A stretch of DNA of 64,000 nt, taken from a candidate division WWE3 bacterium. Its GTDB lineage: Bacteria; Patescibacteriota; 4484-211; GCA-002791395. The position numbers and the translations under genes were made by a program. This document shows, in pieces, positions 30,728 through 40,921 of the stretch; position 1 is the stretch's first letter; every line of letters starts with the position of its first letter. Where the stretch lies: NCBI GenBank assembly GCA_013335095.1, contig JAAXWF010000001.1:214797-278796 (forward strand), given 5' to 3'. The notes under the pieces are model-generated. The model searched no databases, was not told where the DNA came from, and saw only the letters and a list, made by a program, of their open reading frames with translations.

Positions 30728-32539
30728 TTATGATTGAACCCGCACGTACACTCTCCGAACACCTTTGCCAACGGACTCTTGTTTGTATAATTCAAGCTTC
30801 CCAATTTGATCAGTATTTGAAACATGAGGCCCACCACAAAACTCTTTACTGAACGCAGACTCTAAGTCATCCCCAATATAGTACACCTTTACTTGATCAC
30901 CGTATTTTTCACCAAAAAAATGAAGAGCTCCCGATTCTTCAGCCTTGTCCTTAGGTAAGATAACATAATTAACAGGTATCTTATCAGTAATCTTTTGGTT
31001 AATAAGAAGCTCTATCTGCTTAATTTGTTCATCGGATAATTTATCGGAATAATTAAAATCAAATCGTAAGCGTTCACCAGTAATATTACTTCCACGTTGA
31101 GAAACATCCGTACCAAGAACTTCACGAAGTGCCCAGTGTAACAAATGAGTAGCTGTATGATATTTCACAACTTCATCACTTTGATCGGCCAAGCCTCCTT
31201 TAAACTTTTGCTCTGCACCTGCACGAGAGCCAGCCTGATGCTGTGACTGAGAACTGTGGTATTGATCTTCGATCTTATGACGATCAAAATTGATCCCTTT
31301 CTCTTCTAGTACTTCGATGAACATCTCAATGGGAAACCCAACAGACTGATATACCTCAAACGCCATTTCGGTTATATCATCACCACGCTCAAGTCGTTTT
31401 TCAACCTCGCGTAATCCTCGATCTAATGTTTTAGAAAACTTCTGCTCTTCTTCGCCAAATATCGAAGTAATCTGTGGCTGTCTTTCAATTAGTTCCGGAT
31501 ACATCCACTGTAACGTCTCTGCTACCGTACTAACTAAACGAACCGAAATATTCTCATACACACCCAACTTTCGACCAAAGCGGACAATTCTTCGCAAAAA
31601 TCGTCGTAACACATATCCTTGATCTTTATTTGAAGGAACCACACCATCCATCGCAAGAAAAGTCGCAGTACGAATATGATCAGCAAGGATCCGCATTGCT
31701 TTTGTGTCTTCGGACCCCTTTCCATATAACCTACCCGACAATTCCTCGACCTTATGAATAATTGGTTCAAACATATCGGTCTGATAAATATCGGATTTAT
31801 CATCAGACACTAACGTGATACGTTCTAAACCGCCACCAAAATCAACGTTTTTTTGAGGCAAGGTTTCCCAACCACCATCATGTGTTCGACGATACTGCAT
31901 AAACACTGAATTACCTATTTCTAAAAACTCAGAGTCATTCTCCGCTGGAGATTTCCCGAGTCCATTGCCATCTTTTCCAATATAATAAAAGACTTCGCTA
32001 TCAGGACCTCCAAGCTCTCCCGGAGCATCCCCGCGTTGCCACCAATTATCTTTTCGTCCACATGCAAAAATTCGTTCTCCAACCTTCGCGTCAACTCCAT
32101 ACTTAGCAAAAATATCTTGAAGAATAGCGATAGATTCATCATCACGAGGCGCATAATTATCACCTTCGAATACAGTCGCATATAAACGATTTACATCTAA
32201 ACCAATCTCTTCGACAAAAAACTGGTATACCCAAGGGAGTTGGTCTTTTTTGAAATAATCTCCCAGACTCCAATTTCCAATCATATGGAAACATGTTGTG
32301 TGGTTATAATCTCCGATCTCCTCTAGATCTTCAAATCTCAAAGCCCGCTGAACGTTGACTAAGCGTGATCCAGCAGGATGTTTTTCTCCACTTAAATAAG
32401 GAACGAGCGGAAACATTCCAGAGTTAACAAACAGTAGTGTCGAGTCACCTTCGGGCACCAAGGACATATTAGGGATCAACTTATGTTGTCTATTCTGATA
32501 AAAACTAATGTACTTCGATAGAATATCTTGACTACGCAT
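30728..32539 (-). CDS. alaS: Alanyl-tRNA synthetase, compact form lacking the C-Ala domain
   Basis: The N-terminus (SKYISFYQNRQHKLIPNMSLVPEGDSTLLFVNSGM) matches class II AlaRS. Editing-domain HTATHLLHWAL and CGGPHVSNTDQIG are present. 603 aa, with no C-terminal oligomerisation domain. Confidence 0.85.
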   Translation of the reverse strand: MRSQDILSKYISFYQNRQHKLIPNMSLVPEGDSTLLFVNSGMFPLVPYLSGEKHPAGSRLVNVQRALRFEDLEEIGDYNHTTCFHMIGNWSLGDYFKKDQLPWVYQFFVEEIGLDVNRLYATVFEGDNYAPRDDESIAILQDIFAKYGVDAKVGERIFACGRKDNWWQRGDAPGELGGPDSEVFYYIGKDGNGLGKSPAENDSEFLEIGNSVFMQYRRTHDGGWETLPQKNVDFGGGLERITLVSDDKSDIYQTDMFEPIIHKVEELSGRLYGKGSEDTKAMRILADHIRTATFLAMDGVVPSNKDQGYVLRRFLRRIVRFGRKLGVYENISVRLVSTVAETLQWMYPELIERQPQITSIFGEEEQKFSKTLDRGLREVEKRLERGDDITEMAFEVYQSVGFPIEMFIEVLEEKGINFDRHKIEDQYHSSQSQHQAGSRAGAEQKFKGGLADQSDEVVKYHTATHLLHWALREVLGTDVSQRGSNITGERLRFDFNYSDKLSDEQIKQIELLINQKITDKIPVNYVILPKDKAEESGALHFFGEKYGDQVKVYYIGDDLESAFSKEFCGGPHVSNTDQIGKLELYKQESVGKGVRRVYVRVQS

Positions 32540-32596
32540 ATTCGTGATTATAACAAACTAACTCTTGGGATTTTAATAGATAGAAACGAAGGAACG

Positions 32597-33640
32597 TTAC
32601 TGGATTAATTCTTTCTCAACAAAGTCTAGTGAAGGAGCAAGGTTCTCCGAAATGGTTTCCCAGTTTACCTGCATTGGTTTAATAGTACTCACATCAGGTA
32701 CATTTGCTGGACGGTCTACACCGGGTAATAACGGCATCTGCACCGATTTAGTCGCCGCTAATGCAGCCTCAGTTTTCTCGGAAATCAAGTAATCGAATAA
32801 TTTATGTGCTGCATCGACATTCTTAGCACCTTTAATCATCATCAGTGTGTTTGGTATTACCAAAGTTCCCATGCCGCCCTCACCTTGATCTGGATAGACT
32901 ACTTTGACTGGCTTACCATCAGATAAGGCTTCATTTGCATCATCAGTATCGGTAAAGCCAACCACCATCTCCCCATTTGAAACCTTCTCCATTGTTTGAC
33001 CGTTGCTCTGTGCAATGTTTAAACCATTTGCTTTTAGGTCTGATAAATATTGCTCGGCGTCAGCTTGCCCAAGCACTGTATATAAAGCAGCAACGTGTGA
33101 ACCAGTAGAACCCGCCCGAGGATCAGCGATCGTTACTTTATCTTTAAAACGAGCATTCGTTAGATCGTATAATGAATCTGGATATTGAGCTTCTGTAAGT
33201 AAGTCAGTGTTAACCAACACTACGCGAGCTCGGGCAGCAAATCCAGTCCAAAATCCATTTGCATCTTTATAAACGCTTGCTAATTTATCAAAATTAGGTG
33301 TTTTGTATGATTCAAGAACGCCTTCTTTCTTCAATTGGATGGTACGTGAGACTTCGTTATTCCAAAATATATCGGCCTGAGGATTGTCCTTCTCGGCAAT
33401 TAGCCTATTAACTAAACCTACAGACTTTGATGCCTCAGTATCATAAACCGCATTAACTTTGATCCCAGTTTCATCTTCAAAATCCTTTAAAATCGGCTCG
33501 GAGTAATCCTGATCGTGGGCGACATATATAGTTACTGCATCAGTTGAAGGTTTGATACTACGGAAAAAGAATATTCCGACAATAGACACGACTAAGACGA
33601 TGAGTAAAATTAATAATTCTCCAGAACCGCGTCTATTCAT
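32597..33640 (-). CDS. ABC-transporter substrate-binding protein (family 1 SBP, iron/thiamine/polyamine type), orphan
   Basis: N-terminal anchor, then VTIYVAHDQDYSEPILKDFEDETGIKVNAVYD typical of FbpA/PotD-like SBPs. No permease or ATPase genes adjacent. Confidence 0.55.
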   Translation of the reverse strand: MNRRGSGELLILLIVLVVSIVGIFFFRSIKPSTDAVTIYVAHDQDYSEPILKDFEDETGIKVNAVYDTEASKSVGLVNRLIAEKDNPQADIFWNNEVSRTIQLKKEGVLESYKTPNFDKLASVYKDANGFWTGFAARARVVLVNTDLLTEAQYPDSLYDLTNARFKDKVTIADPRAGSTGSHVAALYTVLGQADAEQYLSDLKANGLNIAQSNGQTMEKVSNGEMVVGFTDTDDANEALSDGKPVKVVYPDQGEGGMGTLVIPNTLMMIKGAKNVDAAHKLFDYLISEKTEAALAATKSVQMPLLPGVDRPANVPDVSTIKPMQVNWETISENLAPSLDFVEKELIQ

Positions 33641-33710
33641 ACTTAGAAAATATTAAAAAAAGAGGCTACCGATGTCAAGAAGTAAAACGCAACGGATGTG
33701 TTTCTCAAAT

Positions 33711-34019
33711 CTACATACGAACTTCGATGGATACACCAGCTGGAAGGTCCAAGTTAGATAATGCATCTAACGTTTTAGGGGTTGGATTAATAATATCTAT
33801 TAATCGTTTATGGGTACGTTGTTCAAACGCTTCTTGTGAGCGTTTATCAATATGTGGTCCTCGAATAACTGTATACCGCTCAATGTTGGTCGGGAGTGGC
33901 ACAGGTCCAATGACCCCAGCCCCAGACTGTAATGCGGCATCTAAGATTTCCTCAACCGTACGGTCGAGAACCTTGTAATCATAAGCTTTTAAACGAACTC
34001 GTATTCTTACTCCAGACAT
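33711..34019 (-). CDS. rpsJ: 30S ribosomal protein S10
   Basis: 102 aa, IRVRLKAYDYKVLDRTVEEI... Follows tuf but is not followed by rplC. Confidence 0.95.
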   Translation of the reverse strand: MSGVRIRVRLKAYDYKVLDRTVEEILDAALQSGAGVIGPVPLPTNIERYTVIRGPHIDKRSQEAFEQRTHKRLIDIINPTPKTLDALSNLDLPAGVSIEVRM

Positions 34020-34082
34020 AATTTTTTTGTGTAACTAATTGATCAGTAACAGCCAATTAGTTAATGTACATCTTCGCTATGT

Positions 34083-34088
34083 ATTATA
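34083..34088 (-). promoter_or_regulatory. Candidate -10 box (TATAAT, preceded by TG) upstream of rpsJ. A hairpin on the same strand at roughly 34100-34140 lies just 3' of tuf
   Basis: The minus strand reads CGAAAGGU...ACCUUUCG stem, then ACTGTATAAT about 60 nt before the rpsJ ATG. Confidence 0.25.
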
Positions 34089-34141
34089 CAGTACTCGCGA
34101 AAGGTGGTCCCCCAAATCATTGGAGAACCGACCTTTCGTGA

Positions 34142-35326
34142 CTACTTAGCAACTTTAGTCACAACACCAGCACCAACAGTACTACCGCCTTCACGAATAG
34201 CGAAACGCATTCCTTCTTCGATAGCGACTGGTTGGATTAACTTAACCTTAAATGTAACGTTATCGCCAGGCATTACCATTTCAACGCCATCGGCTAAAGT
34301 TACTTCACCCGTCACGTCTGTCGTGCGGATATAGAACTGTGGTCGATATCCACTAAAAAATGGAGTATGTCGGCCACCTTCATCCTTGGACAATACGTAT
34401 ACCTCAGCCTCAAATTCGGTATGAGGAGTTATTGATCCAGGTTTTGCTACAACCATACCACGTTGAACATCATCATTCTTGGTACCGCGGAGTAAAATAC
34501 CAACGTTATCGCCGGCCATACCCTCGGTTAACTCCTTGCGGAACATTTCAACACCAGTTACAACTGAGTTTTGTATATCAGGGCGAATACCTACAAGTTC
34601 AACAGGATCGTTGACTTTAATGATACCTCGGTCTATACGACCAGTAACAACGGTACCGCGACCTTCAATAGAGAACACGTCTTCAACTGGCATCAAGAAA
34701 GGCTTATCGGTGTCTCGTTCAGGAACTTCAAAGTAGCTATCCATTGTTTCTACCAACTTCCCGATTGAAGCAATCGCATCAGCATCACCTTCAAGAGCTT
34801 TAAGCGCAGAACCGCGTATAACAGGCGTATCTGAAGGATATTCATTCTTTTCCAACAGTTCACGGATTTCGACCTCAACGAGATCCGCTAACTCAGCATC
34901 GTCAACCATATCCATTTTGTTCATGAAAACAATTAGGCGAGGAACGTTAACCTGTCGTGCTAACAAGATATGTTCACGCGTCTGTGGCATCGGACCGTCA
35001 GCTGCAGAAACCACCAACACAGCACCGTCCATTTGGGCTGCACCTGTAATCATGTTTTTAATATAGTCACGGTGTCCAGGAGCATCGATGTGTGCATAGT
35101 GGCGAGCGTCAGTCTGATATTCGACGTGAGTAATATTGATGGTAATACCACGCGCACGTTCTTCTGGTGCATTATCAATATTTTCATACGCCTTAAATTC
35201 GGCCATACCTTTTTCAGAGAGGTACTTTGTGATCGCGGCAGTCAATGTAGTTTTGCCGTGGTCAACGTGCCCAATAGTTCCGACGTTTAAATGTGGTTTG
35301 GTTCGTTCAAAGACTTCTTTTGCCAT
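34142..35326 (-). CDS. tuf: Elongation factor Tu
   Basis: 394 aa with [15 protein letters not shown] and NKMD motifs. Confidence 0.97.
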   Translation of the reverse strand: MAKEVFERTKPHLNVGTIGHVDHGKTTLTAAITKYLSEKGMAEFKAYENIDNAPEERARGITINITHVEYQTDARHYAHIDAPGHRDYIKNMITGAAQMDGAVLVVSAADGPMPQTREHILLARQVNVPRLIVFMNKMDMVDDAELADLVEVEIRELLEKNEYPSDTPVIRGSALKALEGDADAIASIGKLVETMDSYFEVPERDTDKPFLMPVEDVFSIEGRGTVVTGRIDRGIIKVNDPVELVGIRPDIQNSVVTGVEMFRKELTEGMAGDNVGILLRGTKNDDVQRGMVVAKPGSITPHTEFEAEVYVLSKDEGGRHTPFFSGYRPQFYIRTTDVTGEVTLADGVEMVMPGDNVTFKVKLIQPVAIEEGMRFAIREGGSTVGAGVVTKVAK

Positions 35327-35431
35327 ATTTGCTTCACCCCCTCTCGCAGTTACCCTCGTTAAACAACCCTGTTCCAGAGGGGTTTTTCCGTATTATATCA
35401 CTACTTTTCTTCAATGTAGCTGTTACTGCGA

Positions 35432-37540
35432 TCAAGCAGCATTAGCAACAATCTTTTCAGTAATATTCGTAGGTACAATTTGATAGTGACTTGGGACAAG
35501 CATAAAGCTCGCACGTCCTTGTGTCATCGAACGTAAATTAGTTGCATATCCAAACATTTCGGCTAGTGGAACTTGCGCAACAATAGATACCGCGTTTCCA
35601 CGTTGATTGGTTGTAACAATTTGACCACGTTTACCAGAGAGATCTCCTATAATATCCCCCATAAATTCTTGTGGAGTAACCACTTCCAGCTCCATTATTG
35701 GTTCGAGTAACACTGGTTTTGCTTGTTTTACACCTTCACGGGTAGCAATTGATCCTGCTAATTTAAAGGCGATTTCAGATGAGTCAACATCATGATAAGA
35801 ACCATCCACAAGAATGATACGAACATCCTGCACAGGATAACCGCCCAAGACACCACTATCCAACGCCTCCATCACACCTTTTTCAATAGGATTTATAAAT
35901 TCATTTGGAATTGCTCCCCCCTTGATCTTGTTAACAAACTCTCGCCCCATACCTCGATCTAAAGGTTCGACATCAATCATCACATCACCATATTGACCTC
36001 GACCGCCACTTTGACGAATATATTGCCCACGTACATTCTTAACAGGTTGAGTAATAGCTTCACGGAAAGCAACCTGAGGTCGTCCCACATTCGCTTCGAC
36101 CTTAAATTCACGTAATAAACGATCTACCATAATTTCTAAATGTAACTCGCCCATTCCTGAGATTAGCGATTGACCTGTGTCTGGATTTGTTTGCAACTTA
36201 AATGTTGGATCTTCTTCTTGTAACTTGCGGAGACCCTCACCAAGTCTCTCCTGGTCAGATTTTGATTTTGGTTCAATAGCGAGTGAAATGACCGGATCTG
36301 GAAATTGAATCGTTTCCAAAATAACTGGATTCGCTGGATCACACATTGTTTCTGATGTGACGGTATCTTTTAATCCTACTGCAGCACCAATATTTCCAGC
36401 AGTTAGCTCAGAAACTTCTTCACGTTCGTTGGCATGCATAAGAAGAATTCGTCCGATTCGTTCTTTAATATTTTTAGTCGGATTAAAGACAGTATCACCA
36501 GACTTAATTTTCCCAGAATAAACTCGGAAATACGTTAATCGTCCAACATAGGGATCTGTTTGTACTTTAAATGCTAATGCTGAAAATGGATCATTAATAT
36601 TGGGATGACGTTCAACCTCTTCATCTGTATTCGGATTGATACCCTTCGTATGTACAACTTCTGCTGGTGATGGCAGGTACTCTACGACCGCATCTAATAG
36701 AGGTTGCACACCTTTATTTCGTAGGGAAGTACCAGTTAATACAGGTACTAGCTTTAGAGCAACAACAGCCTTACGCATGCTTGCTTTCAGGCGATCAATT
36801 TCGATCTCATTACCCTCTAGATAATCATTTAATAATTCGTCATCTGTTTCAGCAATCTTCTCAATTAATTCTTGTCTAAGCTCTTCGGTCATTTTGCGAT
36901 GAGCTTCATCAACCAATTCGCATGAATCGACATCGAATGCTTCAAACTTGGCACCGAGCTCTTCACCATTCCAGATGAGGGCCTTACGAGTAAGCAAATC
37001 GATAACACCTTTGAAGTCTGATTCTGTACCAATTGGGATATTATATGCGACTGCCGGCAAGCCTAATCGATCTCGAACCTCTTTGAGGGTGTTTACGTAA
37101 TCAGCACCGACTTTATCGATTTTATTAACAAAAATTATTCGTGAAATATGATATTTATCAGCTTGACGAGAAACTTTCTCGGTTTGAGCTTGTACGCCTT
37201 CAGATGCATCCAGAACCATTACAACGCCATCAAGAACGCGAAGAGAGCGTTCTACCTCAGCCGTGAAATCAAGGTGACCAGGAGTATCGATAATGTTAAT
37301 TCGGTGATTTAACCAAAAAGTAGTTGTTGCAGCAGAAGTTATGGTGATACCACGTTCGCGCTCTTGCTCCATCCAATCCATGGTGGCAGCACCTTCGTGC
37401 ACTTCGCCGATTTTATAAGTACGCCCAGTGTAATACAGAATCCGTTCAGTAGTAGTTGTTTTCCCCGCGTCAATGTGTGCAATGATCCCGATGTTGCGAA
37501 TCTTTTCAATCGGTGTTTCGTTGATTTTTTTCTCCGCCAT
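35432..37540 (-). CDS. fusA: Elongation factor G
   Basis: 702 aa with AHIDAGKTTTTE, DTPGH and NKID motifs and five-domain length. Confidence 0.97.
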   Translation of the reverse strand: MAEKKINETPIEKIRNIGIIAHIDAGKTTTTERILYYTGRTYKIGEVHEGAATMDWMEQERERGITITSAATTTFWLNHRINIIDTPGHLDFTAEVERSLRVLDGVVMVLDASEGVQAQTEKVSRQADKYHISRIIFVNKIDKVGADYVNTLKEVRDRLGLPAVAYNIPIGTESDFKGVIDLLTRKALIWNGEELGAKFEAFDVDSCELVDEAHRKMTEELRQELIEKIAETDDELLNDYLEGNEIEIDRLKASMRKAVVALKLVPVLTGTSLRNKGVQPLLDAVVEYLPSPAEVVHTKGINPNTDEEVERHPNINDPFSALAFKVQTDPYVGRLTYFRVYSGKIKSGDTVFNPTKNIKERIGRILLMHANEREEVSELTAGNIGAAVGLKDTVTSETMCDPANPVILETIQFPDPVISLAIEPKSKSDQERLGEGLRKLQEEDPTFKLQTNPDTGQSLISGMGELHLEIMVDRLLREFKVEANVGRPQVAFREAITQPVKNVRGQYIRQSGGRGQYGDVMIDVEPLDRGMGREFVNKIKGGAIPNEFINPIEKGVMEALDSGVLGGYPVQDVRIILVDGSYHDVDSSEIAFKLAGSIATREGVKQAKPVLLEPIMELEVVTPQEFMGDIIGDLSGKRGQIVTTNQRGNAVSIVAQVPLAEMFGYATNLRSMTQGRASFMLVPSHYQIVPTNITEKIVANAA

Positions 37541-37665
37541 ACAGCGCCGATTATAACAGAGTGGGGAACAGTGTCAACAGAAATACAACACTAAAATAAA
37601 GCAAAAATATGTAATTTAAACTTTATACTTAATCTAAATAAATATGTATGAAAAAATAACAAAGA

Positions 37666-38136
37666 TTACCACTTAAAGTGAGCAAAGGCTCGATTTGCTT
37701 CGGCCATTTTATGCATGTTTTCGCGTTTCTTTATTGCATCACCTTCATTTTTGATTGCGTTGACGAGTTCTTCAGCGAGCTTCATTTCCATCGGGCGACC
37801 CGAGCGCTCATCTGCAGCTTGAATCATCCACCGCATCGCCATTGCCTCACCTCGTGATTTACTAACGGGAACAGGGATTTGATAGGTTGCGCCACCGACA
37901 CGCCGTGGGCGAACTTCTACTTCGGGACGAATAGTCATCAATGCTTTTTCAAATAACTCGGAGGGGGTCATGCCTGCTTTTTCAGCTGCGACATCTAGTG
38001 CACCATATACAATTGTTTTTGCTTTATCTTTTTTACCGTCGCGCATGACGTAATTTATAAATTTAGTAACACGAATATCTTGATAGCGCTCATCAGGTTG
38101 TAATACTTTTCGTCGAACTAATTTACTTCGTGGCAT
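37666..38136 (-). CDS. rpsG: 30S ribosomal protein S7
   Basis: 156 aa with the conserved C-terminus ...KMAEANRAFAHFKW. Confidence 0.95.
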   Translation of the reverse strand: MPRSKLVRRKVLQPDERYQDIRVTKFINYVMRDGKKDKAKTIVYGALDVAAEKAGMTPSELFEKALMTIRPEVEVRPRRVGGATYQIPVPVSKSRGEAMAMRWMIQAADERSGRPMEMKLAEELVNAIKNEGDAIKKRENMHKMAEANRAFAHFKW

Positions 38137-38139
38137 AGT

Positions 38140-38568
38140 TTATTTGGCTCCCTTCTTTTCATTTGGTTTTTTGGCACCATACTTGGATCGTGAAGTCATA
38201 CGACCTTGAACACCAGAGGTATCTAGAGTACCTCGAACAATATGATATTTAACACCTGGCAAATCCTTTACACGTCCGCCTCGAATCATTACGATACTAT
38301 GCTCTTGAAGATTATGTCCTTCACCTGGAATATACACGGTAACTTCTTTTTTATTTGAGAGACGAACACGAGCAACTTTTCGTAATGCTGAGTTTGGTTT
38401 CTTAGGGGCCATGGTTCGGACCAATAGAACGACTCCGCGCTTAAATGGATTAGATGCAGTTGTTAAACGACGCTTTGAATTATTCCACTGTCCATTCAAT
38501 GCAACTGACTTAGCTTTTTTATTTTTTGTTCCGCGTGGTTTGCGGATGAGTTGATTTATCGTTGGCAT
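38140..38568 (-). CDS. rpsL: 30S ribosomal protein S12
   Basis: [12 protein letters not shown]... and [11 protein letters not shown]. Confidence 0.95.
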   Translation of the reverse strand: MPTINQLIRKPRGTKNKKAKSVALNGQWNNSKRRLTTASNPFKRGVVLLVRTMAPKKPNSALRKVARVRLSNKKEVTVYIPGEGHNLQEHSIVMIRGGRVKDLPGVKYHIVRGTLDTSGVQGRMTSRSKYGAKKPNEKKGAK

Positions 38569-38583
38569 GACGGGGCGATTCTA

Positions 38584-40236
38584 TCACAAATTGATCATAA
38601 CCGGCAAGATCATTGGTTCACGTTTCGTTTTTTTGTAGAAAAAGCGCTGTAGATCAGCCTCTATGACATCTCGAACTTTCGACCAATCGTTAGCAGTTTT
38701 ACCTTCAATATGGTTTGAGGCTATCTTCTGGGCTTGCTTAATCAAAGCATCTGATCCGGCCATATAAATAAAACCACGACTTACAACATCGACAGAGGAA
38801 ACCAAGTTGCCGTTATTTTGTTTTTTCACGATGACAACGAAGATACCTTCTTCAGCCATCTTTTGACGATCTTCTAGTACGACCCGACCAACATCACCAA
38901 CTACACTGCCATCAACGAAGACGTCTTTTGTAATAACATCATCCCCCACCCGAGCTTTACCTTTTATAAATTCGATTGTTTGGTTCTCTCGTAATTCAAA
39001 CACTGTTTGAGGATCAAATCCCATTCTCTCAACGAGGGCAGCATACCCCTTCTGATGCCGTGGTGTACCACCAATAGGTACAAAATATTTAGGTCTGGTA
39101 ATTGCAGCCATGATTGATAAGTCGCCCTGCGTACCATGTCCACTAACATGTAAATCGTCTTGAATCTCTGAATAGACAACTCGGGCGCCAGCAGTAGTTA
39201 GATTATCAATTACCGCACCGACCTGATCAAATATTCCTGGGATAGGATCGGCTGAGAAGATAACAACATCATCTTCTAATAATTGAACATTTCGATTCTC
39301 ACCTCGAGAGAGACGGTCTAACGCCGAACCCTTTTGACCAAAACTCCCCGCGATAATGTAGGTGATTTTTGATGGATGGATTTTATGAGCCTTTTCTAAT
39401 GGTACAAGAATGCCCTCAGGAACGTTTAAATAACCCAAATTAACTGCAATCTCGATATTTTGATCAATACTGCGACCGACTGGCACAATTTGCCTACCGT
39501 ACTTCACTGACGCATTAATAGCTTGCTGCATACGAGAGATGTTTGATGACATGGTGGTAATAAAAACTTGTCCTGGTGCGTTCTCCATTTCACGTTCAAA
39601 AGAGTGCTGTATTTTACGTTCAGATTCTGTGTATCCTTCGGCATTCGAACCTAAACAGTCAGAAAACAGGGCTAATACACCTTCCTCGACTAATCGAGCT
39701 AGTTTTCCGATTTGAAAAAACTTACCGTCAACAGGAGTCCAGTCGAATTTGAAGTCAGGTGAGTGAACCAAGTTTCCAAATGGGGTTCGAATAAAAAATC
39801 CTAACGTATCTGGTACAGAGTGATTTACACGATATGGAGTTATTTCAAATTCTCCAAGTCGAATCGGTGGACCGTCTGGATCAATTAAATTTAGCGTCTG
39901 ACCTTTTAATAAATTGAACTCTGACAATTTGTTTTGGATAAAACCACGCGGCAATTTTGCGGCATAAACGGGAGGACGCCCAAGGTCTTCTAGAACATAG
40001 GGTAAACCACCTATATGATCTTCATGAGCATGTGAAATCAGAATGGCACGGATACGATCTTTACGATCACGCAAATAACCAACATCTGGAATCACTACAT
40101 CAACGCCAAGTTGTTCAGTTTCAGGAAAACCAATACCAGCATCAATGACGATGATGTCTTTGTCGCTTTCCCAAACATGCATGTTCTTTGTGACTTCACC
40201 AACGCCACCTAATGGAATGTACCGTAATTTATTCAT
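38584..40236 (-). CDS. rnj: Ribonuclease J (metallo-beta-lactamase/beta-CASP)
   Basis: HAHEDHIGGLPYVL (HxHxDH) and beta-CASP region, 550 aa. Confidence 0.85.
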   Translation of the reverse strand: MNKLRYIPLGGVGEVTKNMHVWESDKDIIVIDAGIGFPETEQLGVDVVIPDVGYLRDRKDRIRAILISHAHEDHIGGLPYVLEDLGRPPVYAAKLPRGFIQNKLSEFNLLKGQTLNLIDPDGPPIRLGEFEITPYRVNHSVPDTLGFFIRTPFGNLVHSPDFKFDWTPVDGKFFQIGKLARLVEEGVLALFSDCLGSNAEGYTESERKIQHSFEREMENAPGQVFITTMSSNISRMQQAINASVKYGRQIVPVGRSIDQNIEIAVNLGYLNVPEGILVPLEKAHKIHPSKITYIIAGSFGQKGSALDRLSRGENRNVQLLEDDVVIFSADPIPGIFDQVGAVIDNLTTAGARVVYSEIQDDLHVSGHGTQGDLSIMAAITRPKYFVPIGGTPRHQKGYAALVERMGFDPQTVFELRENQTIEFIKGKARVGDDVITKDVFVDGSVVGDVGRVVLEDRQKMAEEGIFVVIVKKQNNGNLVSSVDVVSRGFIYMAGSDALIKQAQKIASNHIEGKTANDWSKVRDVIEADLQRFFYKKTKREPMILPVMINL

Positions 40237-40272
40237 ATTCTATTTTTCTTATCGCAGTTAATATTAACATAT

Positions 40273-40911
40273 TTAAAACAATGACGGTTGATCCGATTTA
40301 TTATCGGTCTGAACTGAATTATTTGATTCCTTTACAAACAACGAAAAACCATCGCCTAGGCTACTTTTCAGTAGCAATGATAATGTTTCTACATCTTTAT
40401 TAAAAGCGGCCAGAACCTCGGAAGCCCGTAAAGCAGCTGCGGGATGATACAGGGGAAATATGGTTATACCTAATGAAGTTTCCACTTTATTTCCGTGACA
40501 CCGTGAAATCTTTTCTTCTGGCAAAAACCAATTCATTGCAAAACGTCCCAAAGTAACAATCACCTTAGGTTCAATAATAGCTAACTCACGCTCTAAATAG
40601 GGACGATATATACCGATCTCTTCGGGTAAAGGATCTCGATTTTCAGGTGGACGAGCTTTAACAATGTTCGTTACCCAAAATGCATTACGATCCAATCCAT
40701 ACTTAGCTAGAGTGGAATTTAACAGTTTACCGGCTTGACCGACAAATGGTCTTTTCTCTTTGGCTTCAAAAAAACCGCCTGCCTCGCCAATGAATACGAC
40801 GTAGTTATTCGGATTACCATCGCCTGGTATAAGCGGTGATTGATCGGTTAAAGGGAGATTGGCACCTTCCATTTCGAAGAATAATTCGGCTAACGCCTTT
40901 TGTTTTTCCAT
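40273..40911 (-). CDS. Uracil-DNA glycosylase superfamily protein (family 4/5-like, without Fe-S cysteines)
   Basis: GEAGGFFEAKEKRPFVGQAGKLLN (motif A-like) and HPAAALR (motif B). Only one Cys in the protein. Confidence 0.7.
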   Translation of the reverse strand: MEKQKALAELFFEMEGANLPLTDQSPLIPGDGNPNNYVVFIGEAGGFFEAKEKRPFVGQAGKLLNSTLAKYGLDRNAFWVTNIVKARPPENRDPLPEEIGIYRPYLERELAIIEPKVIVTLGRFAMNWFLPEEKISRCHGNKVETSLGITIFPLYHPAAALRASEVLAAFNKDVETLSLLLKSSLGDGFSLFVKESNNSVQTDNKSDQPSLF

Positions 40912-40921
40912 CAGTAAGTTA

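Noticed and set aside
40273-40911. UDG-like gene as a canonical family-4 Fe-S uracil-DNA glycosylase
   Set aside because: Motifs A and B are present, but the four cluster-ligating cysteines are missing because there is only one Cys. It is therefore called only at superfamily level.
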